Notes: generated from the letters alone by a model not told the origin. 48,544 nt of DNA from Candidatus Methylomirabilota bacterium (GCA_046727015.1 JBKPBU010000339.1:1-48544); one strand, 5' to 3'; shown: positions 17,255-28,477, counted from the first letter of the stretch. Numbers and translations are program-made.

Positions 17255-18306
17255 CGCCGCGACTCCCGAAGCCGTGACCTTGAAACCGGGGCCGCGCCGA
17301 GTGGCAGCTGGACACCGCCGCGCCGGCTCGACTCGCGAGCCAGGTGCTCGATCTCGCAGCACAGCGCCGCCTCGGCAAGGTTGGCCTCGGCCCGGGCATC
17401 ACCCGCGACGGCGGCCAGGAAGCGCTCCGCCACCTTGTGGAACCACTCGGGATGATGCGAGCCGTCGGACAGCGCCGGTAGCCCCGGCCAGCGCCGCTCG
17501 CCATCCTTGCCCGTGAGCACGAGCGTATCCTCCTGCATCTCGATGCGCCCCTCCGTGCCGTGTATCTCCACGCGGTTACGCCGCTCCTCCGCCGCCCAGG
17601 TCAGGAGGATGTCGGCCGTCGCGTCGTCGAACACGAGCCGCACCGATGCCGTGTCCTCGACGGCGAAGTCCGTGTGCCGCCGCGTCTCGAGCCGCGCGCC
17701 GACGCTCCGTGGCCGCGCGCCGACCCAGGCCGGCACGACGTAGAAGACGTGCCAGCCGTGATCCGTGAGGACGCCGCCCCCTGCCACCGCGGGGTTGACC
17801 CGCCAGTTGCCCTCGCTGCCGTCGCCCGCCGTGGCCGGTCTCACCCGCAGCGTCTCCCAGACGATGCGCCGCACCTGGCCTATCTCGCCTTGGCGGATGA
17901 GCTCGTCCGTCAACGAGAGCATGGGCGCGTGGTGCCAGTTGTGCACGGTGTGGAGCACCCGGGCCGCTCTCGTGGCCGCCGAGGTGACGCGGGCCAAGTC
18001 TCCGTGCGAGCTGACGAGCGGCTTCTCGCACAGCACGTGAAGACCCCGACCGAGGGCGCTCCAGATGATCGGCGCGTGGCTCGAGGGAGGAGTGCAGATG
18101 TCCACGAAGTCCAGGGGCTCGCCGGCCAGCAGATCATCGGGTGAGTCGTACCAGCGCGCACCGGGCAGGCGCGCGTCGCATTCCGCGCGCTGGCCGGGGC
18201 GGGCGTCGGCGGCGGCCACGATGCGGACGTCAGGGCGGCCGAGCCACCCGGGCAGATGCCCGTGAATGGCGACATTGCCGAACCCGATCACGGCCCCGCG
18301 CAGCAT
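17251..18306 (-). CDS. Gfo/Idh/MocA-family NAD(P)-dependent oxidoreductase
   Basis: MLRGAVIGFGNVAIHGHLP Rossmann N-terminus and CEKPL motif. Start is the ATG at 18306, 1 nt after the aminotransferase stop. Confidence 0.8.
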   Translation of the reverse strand: MLRGAVIGFGNVAIHGHLPGWLGRPDVRIVAAADARPGQRAECDARLPGARWYDSPDDLLAGEPLDFVDICTPPSSHAPIIWSALGRGLHVLCEKPLVSSHGDLARVTSAATRAARVLHTVHNWHHAPMLSLTDELIRQGEIGQVRRIVWETLRVRPATAGDGSEGNWRVNPAVAGGGVLTDHGWHVFYVVPAWVGARPRSVGARLETRRHTDFAVEDTASVRLVFDDATADILLTWAAEERRNRVEIHGTEGRIEMQEDTLVLTGKDGERRWPGLPALSDGSHHPEWFHKVAERFLAAVAGDARAEANLAEAALCCEIEHLARESSRRGGVQLPLGAAPVSRSRLRESRR

Positions 18307-18307
18307 G

Positions 18308-19636
18308 CTACTGGAGCCGGTGCTCTCGAACGATCGTCCCCAGGGCCTCGTCGAGGATGGCGAGCCCATTGAGCGCGGTCTCTTCACGGATGATCAGCGG
18401 CGGGTTGATGCGCACCGTCGGGGAATAGGTCATGGCGGCGAGTCCGCGCCTGAGGCACTCCTTGTAGAGTGCTTTCGTCACGTCTTTGTCGAGCGGCTCC
18501 TTGGTGCCACGGTCCTTGACGAGCTCCATGCCCAGCATCAGCCCGCGGCCGCGCACCTCGCCCACGCAGCGGTACTTCTCCTTCATCGCCTGGAGCCGCG
18601 TGAGCATGACGGCGCCCACCCGGTCGGCATTCTTGACCAGATCCTCCTTGAGGATGATCTCGAGCGCCGCCAAACCCGCCGCGGCCGAGAGCGGATTGCC
18701 GCCGTAGGAAGACGAGCTGGCGGAGGGATTGGACCAGGGCTTGTGACCGGTCAGCTCGTCCGTCGAGATCACGGCCGAGAGCGGAAAGCCCCCGCCCATG
18801 CCCTTGCCGACGGTCATGACGTCGGGCACGACCCCGTCATGGTCCGAGCCCCACATGGAGCCCGTGCGCCCGAAGCCGGTGATCATCTCGTCGCAGATGA
18901 GGAGGGCACCCGCCTCCTTGGCGATCTGCTGGACGGCGCGGAGGAAGCCCTCGGGCGGGATGACGTTGCCGGCCGTGCCCTGCATGGGCTCGACGATGAT
19001 GGCGGCAATCTCGCCACCGGTCTGGTAGCGGATCACGTCGCGCACGAAGTCGGCGCAGGCGATGCCGCAGTCGGGATAGGTGAGCTTGAGCGGGCAGCGG
19101 TAGCAGTCGGCGTAGGGCGTGGAGTACTGCCCCGGCGTGAAGGGACCCAAGTGGTGCTTGAAGTCGCTGCCGAGGAGGCCCAGCACGCCGCCCGTCTTGC
19201 CGTGGAAGCCACCCCAAAAGCCGATGACCTCGTCCTTGCCCGTCGCGGCCTTCGCGAGTCTCAACGCAGCCTCGACGGCCTCGGCGCCGCCCGAGAACAT
19301 CTGGATGCGCGTCAGCCCCTCGGGCGTCACGGAGGCCACCAGCTCCAGGAAGCGCGCGCGAGTCTCGGTGGTGAAGCTGCCGAATTGGAGCGTCTCCACC
19401 TGCCGCTTCAGGGCCTCGACGTAGTGCGGGTGGCAGTGGCCGACGGAGCCGATGGCGATGCCGGCGATGAAGTCGATATACTCCTGGCCGTCCTCGTCCA
19501 CGAGCGTGCACCCCTGCCCGCGCGCCATGGCCAGCCCCGCGTAGAGGGCGAAGCCCTGCATGCCGGCCGCGGCATGGCGCCGCTCGCGCTCGACGATCTC
19601 CCTGGACCGTGGGCCCGGCTCGCGCATCTCGCTCAT
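18308..19636 (-). CDS. Class-III (omega) pyridoxal-phosphate aminotransferase
   Basis: IDFIAGIAIGSVGHCHP, SGGAEAVEAALRLA, LICDEMITGFGRTG, and VMTVGKGMGGGFP (PLP lysine). Start is the ATG at 19636 in an ATGA overlap with the ATP-grasp stop. Confidence 0.85.
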   Translation of the reverse strand: MSEMREPGPRSREIVERERRHAAAGMQGFALYAGLAMARGQGCTLVDEDGQEYIDFIAGIAIGSVGHCHPHYVEALKRQVETLQFGSFTTETRARFLELVASVTPEGLTRIQMFSGGAEAVEAALRLAKAATGKDEVIGFWGGFHGKTGGVLGLLGSDFKHHLGPFTPGQYSTPYADCYRCPLKLTYPDCGIACADFVRDVIRYQTGGEIAAIIVEPMQGTAGNVIPPEGFLRAVQQIAKEAGALLICDEMITGFGRTGSMWGSDHDGVVPDVMTVGKGMGGGFPLSAVISTDELTGHKPWSNPSASSSSYGGNPLSAAAGLAALEIILKEDLVKNADRVGAVMLTRLQAMKEKYRCVGEVRGRGLMLGMELVKDRGTKEPLDKDVTKALYKECLRRGLAAMTYSPTVRINPPLIIREETALNGLAILDEALGTIVREHRLQ

Positions 19637-20472
19637 TTCGGCCCCTCCCGGAAGCGCACCGAGAGGTACGCGGCGATGACCGAGGCCGCCTCCTCGCGGA
19701 AGAGCGCGAAGCTCGGCCACGCGTTGAGGTCGATGAGGACGAGCTCGCCCGAGGCGGTCACGATGCAGTCGCCGCCGTAGATCTCGAGGCCGAGCGCAGC
19801 GGCCGCCTGACGCACGAGGTGCCTGAGCGCGCGCTCATCGAAGGCGTGCCCGTTGAGCTGCTGGTCCTTGTGGTAAAACCACCGGAACCAGGGCGGCCCG
19901 CCGTGGGCGCGGTCGCCCGGCCCAATGCCGTAGAACTTGATCAGATCGCCGGCCACGTGCGGCTGGATGACGGCGCGGGGAATGGCGCGCGCCGCCAGCC
20001 CTTCGAGCGCGCGCGCGACGGCCGCGGCGTCCGCCGCGTAGACCACGTCGCCCTCCTGCGTGTTGTGGACGTCCGCGCGCTTCACCCAAACCGGCCGCGG
20101 CGCCGCGACGCGCTCGTCCGCGGTGGCCACCAGCCGGCTCGCGATGAACGGCACGCGCGCTTCCGCGAACTGCGCGATCATGCGGTCGCGATACGTGTTG
20201 AGCACGGCGCCCGGGGTGTTGACCTCGCGGGCCCCCGCGGCCTCCAGCGCCCCGAGCGCCCGGAGCGCGCCGGGCTGCTCGCACATGAGGAAAATGGCTC
20301 GCGGCCTGGCTTCGGTCTCCACTCCGAGCTCGTCCGGCGTCTTGAGGTCGACCTGGAAGCCCTTGGCCAGGAGGCCCTTCGCGGTCAGACGCAGGATCTC
20401 GGCGTCGTCGCTCTCGCGCCCTGGCGAGTGCGCCTCCTCCCGGAAGATGCCCCAGCAGTACGGATCCGTCAC
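19633..20472 (-). CDS. ATP-grasp-fold protein (ligase or kinase), family unassigned
   Basis: The C-terminal GGDCIVTASGELVLIDLNAWPSF is an ATP-grasp Mg/ATP-binding strand. Start set to the GTG at 20472, preceded by AGGAGG with a 6-nt spacer. Confidence 0.6.
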   Translation of the reverse strand: MTDPYCWGIFREEAHSPGRESDDAEILRLTAKGLLAKGFQVDLKTPDELGVETEARPRAIFLMCEQPGALRALGALEAAGAREVNTPGAVLNTYRDRMIAQFAEARVPFIASRLVATADERVAAPRPVWVKRADVHNTQEGDVVYAADAAAVARALEGLAARAIPRAVIQPHVAGDLIKFYGIGPGDRAHGGPPWFRWFYHKDQQLNGHAFDERALRHLVRQAAAALGLEIYGGDCIVTASGELVLIDLNAWPSFALFREEAASVIAAYLSVRFREGPK

Positions 20473-20490
20473 GCCAACCCTCCTGGCCAA

Positions 20491-20580
20491 GCGGCTGATA
20501 AAGGCCCATCTGCGTCATCTACCGAGGGGCGTGTTGGGGCACCCTCGGCCGCACGCTCAACGTACAGAGAGTACGCCTCG
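20491..20580 (-). repeat. Hairpin-repeat fragment, copy C (right half only)
   Basis: GCGGCTGATAAAGGCCCATCTGCG ... CTCAACGTACAGAGAGTACGCCTCG matches one terminus, one arm and the apical block. The other arm and terminus are absent. Confidence 0.6.
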
Positions 20581-20601
20581 CGCGCGGATACTGGTAGTCA
20601 G

Positions 20602-21306
20602 CTACGAGGCGCGCGCGGCCAACGCTTCGGCCAGCGCCACGTCCTCGGCTCGGTCCACGTCCACGACGGTCTCGATCACGTCCCCGTAGATCGGCTCGCC
20701 GGAGTCCACCAGCCAGGCCAGGTGCTCTCGCAGCCTGCCGAGGCCGGCCGCCGGCTCGATGCGCCGCACCCGCTCCGACAGCAGATACATTCCCGCCGTC
20801 ACGAGCGCCGGCGACTCGACACCGAGGGCGGTGATACGGCCCTCGCCGTCCAGCATCGCCCCCAGCGGCTTCTCGTCGGCGACGAGCGGCGTCACCGCCA
20901 GCACCGTCGCCTCGCGCGGCCGGCGGAGCGCGGCTTCCACAAAGCGCGCGAAGTCGGCGGCGCGGCACCAGGCATCCACCGTGGAGACCAGCATGCGCCC
21001 CGCCCCGGGACCGCCGGCGACCTCGCGGAAGCTTTCGAGCGACGAGGCGGTCGTCTTCACGGTGAGCCGGAGGTCGAGCTCAGGGAAACGCCGGCGGACC
21101 CAGGCCGCGCAGTCGCGCTCCCGCTCGTTGACGATGATGGACAGCCGCGTGATGCCCGCGGCGACGAAGTTCAGGATCGCCGACTCGATCAGCGGCACAC
21201 CAGCCACCAGCACCATGGGCTTGGGCACCACCCAGCCAGCTCGCCTCAGGCGGCTGCCTTCGCCCGCGGCGATGATGCCACCCAGCAGGCCCGGCTCGAA
21301 CGTCAC
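20602..21306 (-). CDS. Nucleotidyltransferase (sugar/alcohol-phosphate NTP-transferase family)
   Basis: GGIIAAGEGSRLR ... PKPMVLVAG is the NTP-transferase P-loop-like signature. Start is the GTG at 21306 in a GTGA overlap with the HAD stop. Confidence 0.7.
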   Translation of the reverse strand: MTFEPGLLGGIIAAGEGSRLRRAGWVVPKPMVLVAGVPLIESAILNFVAAGITRLSIIVNERERDCAAWVRRRFPELDLRLTVKTTASSLESFREVAGGPGAGRMLVSTVDAWCRAADFARFVEAALRRPREATVLAVTPLVADEKPLGAMLDGEGRITALGVESPALVTAGMYLLSERVRRIEPAAGLGRLREHLAWLVDSGEPIYGDVIETVVDVDRAEDVALAEALAARAS

Positions 21307-21977
21307 GGCAGCAATTCCTCCAGGTCGCGCAGCGACGGGATCACCCGGTCGCCCGGGCAGCATGGCCGCCCCTGGCGCGCCGGTTCCGGTGTGAGCCAGA
21401 TGTGCGCCATGCCGGCCGCCCGCGCTCCCGCCATATCCCGGGCCAGCGAGTCACCGACCATGACTGCTCGGCCTGGCTCAATCCCCAACGCATCCACGGC
21501 TGTCACGAAAATGCGCGGGTCCGGCTTGCTGATCCCGACCCGCGACGAGTCTACGATGACGCCAAAGTACCGCCGAACCTGCGCATTATCGCACACCGTC
21601 GTGAGATTGCCATAGAAGTTGGACACGATACCGAGGCGGTAGCGGCGGGCGAGCCGCTCCAGGATGGGCGCGTTCGTCGCGAAGCAGGCGCGGGCGTCGG
21701 CGAGGAAGCGCGTCGCGACCCGCGAGGCGACCGCCGCGTCGTCCGGTCGAAGCGCGCGCGCCACACCGTCGGCCACGCGCCGAACGGTGTCGTGGAGCGA
21801 GAGGCTCTCGGGGACGGCGCCGACGAGAGCGTCGTCGGCCGCATAGAAGGCCGGATCGAAGCGCGCGGGCTCGACGGCAACGCCCTCGTGCTCGAAGAGA
21901 CGGTGGAAGCGCTCCTTCCAGCTGAGACCCTCGGCGTCGAGCGTGCCTCCGAAATCGAACAGGACGGCGGAATCCAC
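21303..21977 (-). CDS. HAD-superfamily hydrolase (putative phosphatase)
   Basis: VLFDFGGTLD motif I variant, GIVSNF motif II, and KPDPRIF ... VGDSLARD motifs III/IV. Confidence 0.7.
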   Translation of the reverse strand: MDSAVLFDFGGTLDAEGLSWKERFHRLFEHEGVAVEPARFDPAFYAADDALVGAVPESLSLHDTVRRVADGVARALRPDDAAVASRVATRFLADARACFATNAPILERLARRYRLGIVSNFYGNLTTVCDNAQVRRYFGVIVDSSRVGISKPDPRIFVTAVDALGIEPGRAVMVGDSLARDMAGARAAGMAHIWLTPEPARQGRPCCPGDRVIPSLRDLEELLP

Positions 21978-21992
21978 GAGGGCGTCCGCGGG

Positions 21993-22697
21993 CTACGAGA
22001 GCCCGACCGAGCTGCGCGCCCGGGCCATGTGCTCGTCGAGGCGCCCGGCGGTCTCGGCGCTGATGTCGCCCAGGTCCTGCGCGAAGCGGATCATGTTGCG
22101 CACCTGGTTGAGCGCCCGGATGACTTCGGCCTTCTCGCCGCCAACGCCCCGCTGCATGGCGGCGAGAGCCGCCTGCTCGAGCGCAGTGCCGACCGAGACC
22201 CGCGCCTCGGGAGAGAGCGGCCGCGTGGAGCGAAACACTTCGAGGGCGAGCGTGTAGAGAAGGCCGGCCGGCGACAAGGGGCCTACCGGCGCGATCGGCG
22301 TCTCCGCGTAGTCGAGGCCGGGGGCGGAGGCGGCCAGCGCCTTCTCGATCGCGCGACCCAGGTAGTCGAAGTCAATGGGCTTGACGAGGTAGTCCATGGC
22401 TCCGAGGGCGAGCGCCCCCTTGGCGCGGTCCGCGTCCTCCCGCTCGGCCATGACGAGCACGCCCACCTGCACGTTGACCTCCCGGATGCGCCGGAGCGTC
22501 TCGAGCCCGTCGGCCTCGCCGAGCCGCATGCTGATGAGGACGGCATCGGGGCGCTCGCTCTCGAGCGCGGCCAGCGCTTCGTCGAGGTTGCGCGCGCGCG
22601 CGACGGCGAGCCGCTTGCCGCCGAGGTACTCGGAGAGCAGCTCGCCCGTGGCGGAATCGTCGTCGACGATGAGGATAGTGCCGCGCATGTCAGCCAT
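21993..22697 (-). CDS. Receiver-domain protein fused to a four-helix-bundle (23S rRNA IVS/Avd-like) domain
   Basis: ILIVDDDSATGELL ... YLVKPID is a CheY-like receiver, but the expected phospho-acceptor position reads LIS rather than D. The C-terminal LALEVFRSTRPLSPEARVSVGTALEQAAL ... FAQDLGDISAETAGRL fits the four-helix-bundle pattern. The track ORF (1024 aa) is a shadow extension. Confidence 0.7.
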   Translation of the reverse strand: MADMRGTILIVDDDSATGELLSEYLGGKRLAVARARNLDEALAALESERPDAVLISMRLGEADGLETLRRIREVNVQVGVLVMAEREDADRAKGALALGAMDYLVKPIDFDYLGRAIEKALAASAPGLDYAETPIAPVGPLSPAGLLYTLALEVFRSTRPLSPEARVSVGTALEQAALAAMQRGVGGEKAEVIRALNQVRNMIRFAQDLGDISAETAGRLDEHMARARSSVGLS

Positions 22698-22732
22698 CCG
22701 CTCTCGCGTCCTCCGGGGAGCGCCCGGGGGCC

Positions 22733-25420
<2,688 letters not shown>

Positions 25421-25439
25421 GGCGTCATTATACCGGGGC

Positions 25440-25973
25440 TCAGTCGGCCGGGGCGTCCCCGTCGGGACGCATGCCCGTGAGCGCCGCGAGCGTGCGCATC
25501 ACAAGCGCCGGCGGGTAGCCGCGGCGCACGAGGTAATCGCGAAGTCGCGGGGCTGCCCGCTCGGGCCCCGACCGCAGCAGAGCCGGCAGCCGGCGGCGAC
25601 CGGCCTCGAGGCAGCGCTCGGCCTCGGGCGCCTCCTCGAAGGCGGCGGCGACCGCGGCCGCGATCACGTCGCGGGGAATGCCCTTCTGGAGGAGCTCCTG
25701 GCGGAGACGACGGCTGCCGACCCGGCGGCCGCGCGCGCGCGACTCGGCCCAGAAGCGCGCGAAGGAGGCGTCGTCCACGTAGCCCCGCGAGACGAGCTCG
25801 GCGACGACCTCGCGGGCGATCTCGTCCGGCGCCCCGCGGCGCTTGAGCCGGCTGGTCAGCTCGCGGGCGCTCCAGGCTTTGCGGGCGAGAAGATCGAAGG
25901 CGGCCAGCTTGGCGGCCTTGGCGTCCAGCTCCCGCTGCTCCCGGGGCCCGCGCGCCGGGCGGCGGCCCCACAT
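25440..25973 (-). CDS. recX: Recombination regulator RecX
   Basis: Three-repeat helical protein: AFDLLARKAWSARELTSRLKRRG, SRGYVDDASFARFW, and RLRDYLVRRGY. Confidence 0.85.
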   Translation of the reverse strand: MWGRRPARGPREQRELDAKAAKLAAFDLLARKAWSARELTSRLKRRGAPDEIAREVVAELVSRGYVDDASFARFWAESRARGRRVGSRRLRQELLQKGIPRDVIAAAVAAAFEEAPEAERCLEAGRRRLPALLRSGPERAAPRLRDYLVRRGYPPALVMRTLAALTGMRPDGDAPAD

Positions 25974-26070
25974 CCTACGCGTGCCTCCAAGTAGGTTTCA
26001 TGTCCTCGCGAGAAGGAATGTTCCGCTTCGAGCGCCGGCTTCGCCGGCGCAAACTGTTTGGGGGAGGTTC

Positions 26071-26094
26071 GGAAGGGGGGCGGAGCCCCCCTCC
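26071..26094 (-). terminator. GC-rich hairpin downstream of pilT (weak terminator candidate)
   Basis: GGAAGGGGGG-CGGAG-CCCCCCTCC forms a 9-bp stem with one bulge and a 5-nt loop, 9 nt after the pilT stop. No U-tract follows on the minus strand. Confidence 0.3.
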
Positions 26095-26102
26095 GAGTTA
26101 CC

Positions 26103-27263
26103 TTAGGCCCGCTTGGCGGGGCCCGGCAGCCTGCCGACGGTGGGCGCGCCCACGAAGCCGGGGCTGCCCGCTTCCCAGGTCATCTCACCGGTCGAGAAGA
26201 TGCCCTTCACCTTGAGGTCGAAGTCGTCCGGGTTGGTCGCGGCGTCCCGCGCCGTCTCGTAGGTCACGAGCTCCTCGCGGTAGAGGCCCAGCAGCGACTG
26301 GTCGAAAGTCTGCATGCCGTACTGCGCCTGCCCAGAGGCGATGACGGTAGGGATCTGGGGCGTCTTGAGCTTCTCGCGGATGGACTCGCGAACGAGGCCG
26401 GTCATCATCATGACCTCGACCGCGGGCACCCGCCCCTTGCCGTCGGCGCGTACCACCAGGCGCTGGGAGACCACGCCCTGGATGACGGCGGAGAGCTGGG
26501 CGCGGATCTGGTCCTCCTGGTGCGGCGGGAAGATCGAGATGATGCGGTTGATCGTCTCGGTCGCGTTCAGCGTGTGCAGCGTCGAGAGCACGAGGTGGCC
26601 CGTCTCCGCGGCGTGCAGCGCCACCTCCATCGTTTCGGCGTCGCGCATCTCGCCGACGAGGATGATATCGGGGTCCTGGCGGAGGGCGGCGCGCAGCGCC
26701 TGCGCGAAGCTCGTCGAGTCCTGGCCGATCTCGCGCTGGCTGATCACGCACTTCTTGTCCTCGTGCACGAATTCGACCGGGTCCTCGATGGTGACGATGT
26801 GGTCGTTACGCGTCCGGTTCATGAAGTCGAGCATGGCGGCCAGCGTCGTGGACTTGCCCGACCCGGTGATGCCCGTGACCAGCACCATCCCGCGGCGCTC
26901 GAGGCAGAGGCGCTCGAGGACCTTGGGCAGGTGCAGCTCCTCGAAGGCGGGGATGCGCTCGGGGATGTGGCGGAGCACGGCGCGCACGTCGCCCTGGCAG
27001 AGGAACACGTTGATGCGAAAGCGCCCGATGCTCGGGACGCTGTGGGCGAGGTCCATCTCCTCGCCTTCCATCAGCGCGTTGTAGCGGATCTCACCCAGCA
27101 GCGTCATGGCCGTCTTGCGCATGAAGTCGCGTGTCACCGCCGGCAGGTCGTCCTGCGTCTCGAGATGGCCGTGCACGCGCACGATGGGGCGCGAGCCGGA
27201 CTTGAGGTGCAGGTCGGAGGCGCTGCGCTTCACGCACTCGGTCAGGAGCTGGTGGAAATCCAT
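26103..27263 (-). CDS. pilT: Type IV pilus retraction ATPase PilT
   Basis: ASDLHLKSGSRPIVRVHG, Walker A GITGSGKSTT, ILVGEMRD, and LVLSTLHT. The ATG lies 8 nt after the recA stop, with GGAGAG spanning that gap. Confidence 0.9.
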   Translation of the reverse strand: MDFHQLLTECVKRSASDLHLKSGSRPIVRVHGHLETQDDLPAVTRDFMRKTAMTLLGEIRYNALMEGEEMDLAHSVPSIGRFRINVFLCQGDVRAVLRHIPERIPAFEELHLPKVLERLCLERRGMVLVTGITGSGKSTTLAAMLDFMNRTRNDHIVTIEDPVEFVHEDKKCVISQREIGQDSTSFAQALRAALRQDPDIILVGEMRDAETMEVALHAAETGHLVLSTLHTLNATETINRIISIFPPHQEDQIRAQLSAVIQGVVSQRLVVRADGKGRVPAVEVMMMTGLVRESIREKLKTPQIPTVIASGQAQYGMQTFDQSLLGLYREELVTYETARDAATNPDDFDLKVKGIFSTGEMTWEAGSPGFVGAPTVGRLPGPAKRA

Positions 27264-27271
27264 TCGCTCTC

Positions 27272-28321
27272 CTACTTGGCCACTTTCTGGGGCTCCGTCG
27301 CCGGCGCGCCGCCCACCGGCCGCAGGCCGAGAGCGGCCCGCACCTTGACCTCGAGGTCCGCCATGAGCTTCGGGTTGTCCTTGAGGTACTTCTTGGCGTT
27401 CTCGCGGCCCTGGCCGATCCGCTCGGTCTTGTACGTGTGCCAGGTCCCGGACTTCTCCACGAGGTTCTGCTCGACCGCGGCGTCGAGGACGGAGCCTTCC
27501 CTCGAGATGCCCTCGCCGTAGATGACGTCGAACTCCGCCTCGCGGAACGGCGGCGAGAGCTTGTTCTTCACCACCTTGACCTTGGTGTGCACGCCCACCG
27601 ACTCCGTGCCGTTCTTGATCGTCTCCTGCCGCCGGATGTCGAGGCGGATGGACGAGTAGAACTTGAGAGCGCGGCCACCCGTGGTGGTTTCGGGCGAGCC
27701 GAACATGACGCCTATCTTTTCGCGGATCTGGTTGATGAAGATCACCGCGCCGCCCGAGCGCGCGATGGCCGCCGTGAGCTTCCGGAGCGCCTGGGACATG
27801 AGCCGCGCCTGCAGGCCCGGCAGCGAGTCGCCCATGTCGCCGTCGAGCTCGGCACGCGGCACCAGCGCGGCGACCGAGTCGATCACGATCACGTCCACCG
27901 CGTTCGAGCGCACCAGCGTCTCGGCGATCTCCAGCGCCTGCTCGCCCGTGTCGGGCTGGGAGATCAGGAGCTCGTCGGTGTTGACGCCCAGGTTCTTGGC
28001 GTAGATGGGATCGAGGGCATGCTCGGCGTCGATGAAAGCGGCCGTGCCGCCCCCGCGCTGGGCCTCGGCGATGATGTGCAGCGCCAGCGTCGTCTTGCCC
28101 GAGGACTCCGGACCGTAGATCTCGGTGACGCGGCCGCGGGGGATGCCCCCGATGCCGAGCGCGACGTCGAGAGACAGCGCCCCCGTCGGGATGACCGAGA
28201 TCTCGTCGAAGACGCCGCCCTGGCCCAGGCGCATGATGGCGCCCTTGCCGAACTGCCGGTCGATGGACGCGATCGCCAGATCGAGGGCCTGCCGCCGATC
28301 GCTCTTCGCCACTTCAGCCAT
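27272..28321 (-). CDS. recA: Recombinase A
   Basis: [22 protein letters not shown], Walker [13 protein letters not shown], and [17 protein letters not shown]. Confidence 0.97.
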   Translation of the reverse strand: MAEVAKSDRRQALDLAIASIDRQFGKGAIMRLGQGGVFDEISVIPTGALSLDVALGIGGIPRGRVTEIYGPESSGKTTLALHIIAEAQRGGGTAAFIDAEHALDPIYAKNLGVNTDELLISQPDTGEQALEIAETLVRSNAVDVIVIDSVAALVPRAELDGDMGDSLPGLQARLMSQALRKLTAAIARSGGAVIFINQIREKIGVMFGSPETTTGGRALKFYSSIRLDIRRQETIKNGTESVGVHTKVKVVKNKLSPPFREAEFDVIYGEGISREGSVLDAAVEQNLVEKSGTWHTYKTERIGQGRENAKKYLKDNPKLMADLEVKVRAALGLRPVGGAPATEPQKVAK

Positions 28322-28371
28322 GGATTCTCCTCCGAGGCGCGGGAACGCCCAATTCGACGAGCAGATTAATC

Positions 28372-28401
28372 ATTGTAGGGGCCCGTGGACCCCAAAGTCA
28401 A
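28372..28401 (-). promoter_or_regulatory. Candidate sigma70 promoter of recA
   Basis: On the minus strand: TTGACT, 18-nt spacer, TACAAT, about 50 nt upstream of the recA ATG in an A/T-richer gap. RBS is GGAGGAG. Confidence 0.5.
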
Positions 28402-28477
28402 TCGACGCGTCCGACGCACACATCCTGACGCACTCTTCCGGGCTGTCAATGTCCCGAAAGCGATACGCGGCGAGGAG

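Noticed and set aside
14991-17504. 837-aa minus-strand ORF spanning the copD-like and CDP-alcohol transferase genes in another frame. Similar long ORFs occur at 3994-5904, 9116-10198, 18266-19780, 19609-21615, 26058-27521, 36398-38071, 45710-47884 and 46863-48422.
   Set aside because: All are alternative-frame or antisense readings of genes with strong homology signatures. Their compositions are dominated by R, A, G and P, and no motifs are present.
28343-28355. Possible LexA/SOS box in the recA 5' UTR (GAACGCCCAATTC).
   Set aside because: It reads GAAC-N5-ATTC on this strand. This does not fit the GAAC-N4-GTTC Cheo-type box, the CTGT-N8-ACAG type, or any other LexA consensus I know. A single imperfect half-site match is not enough.
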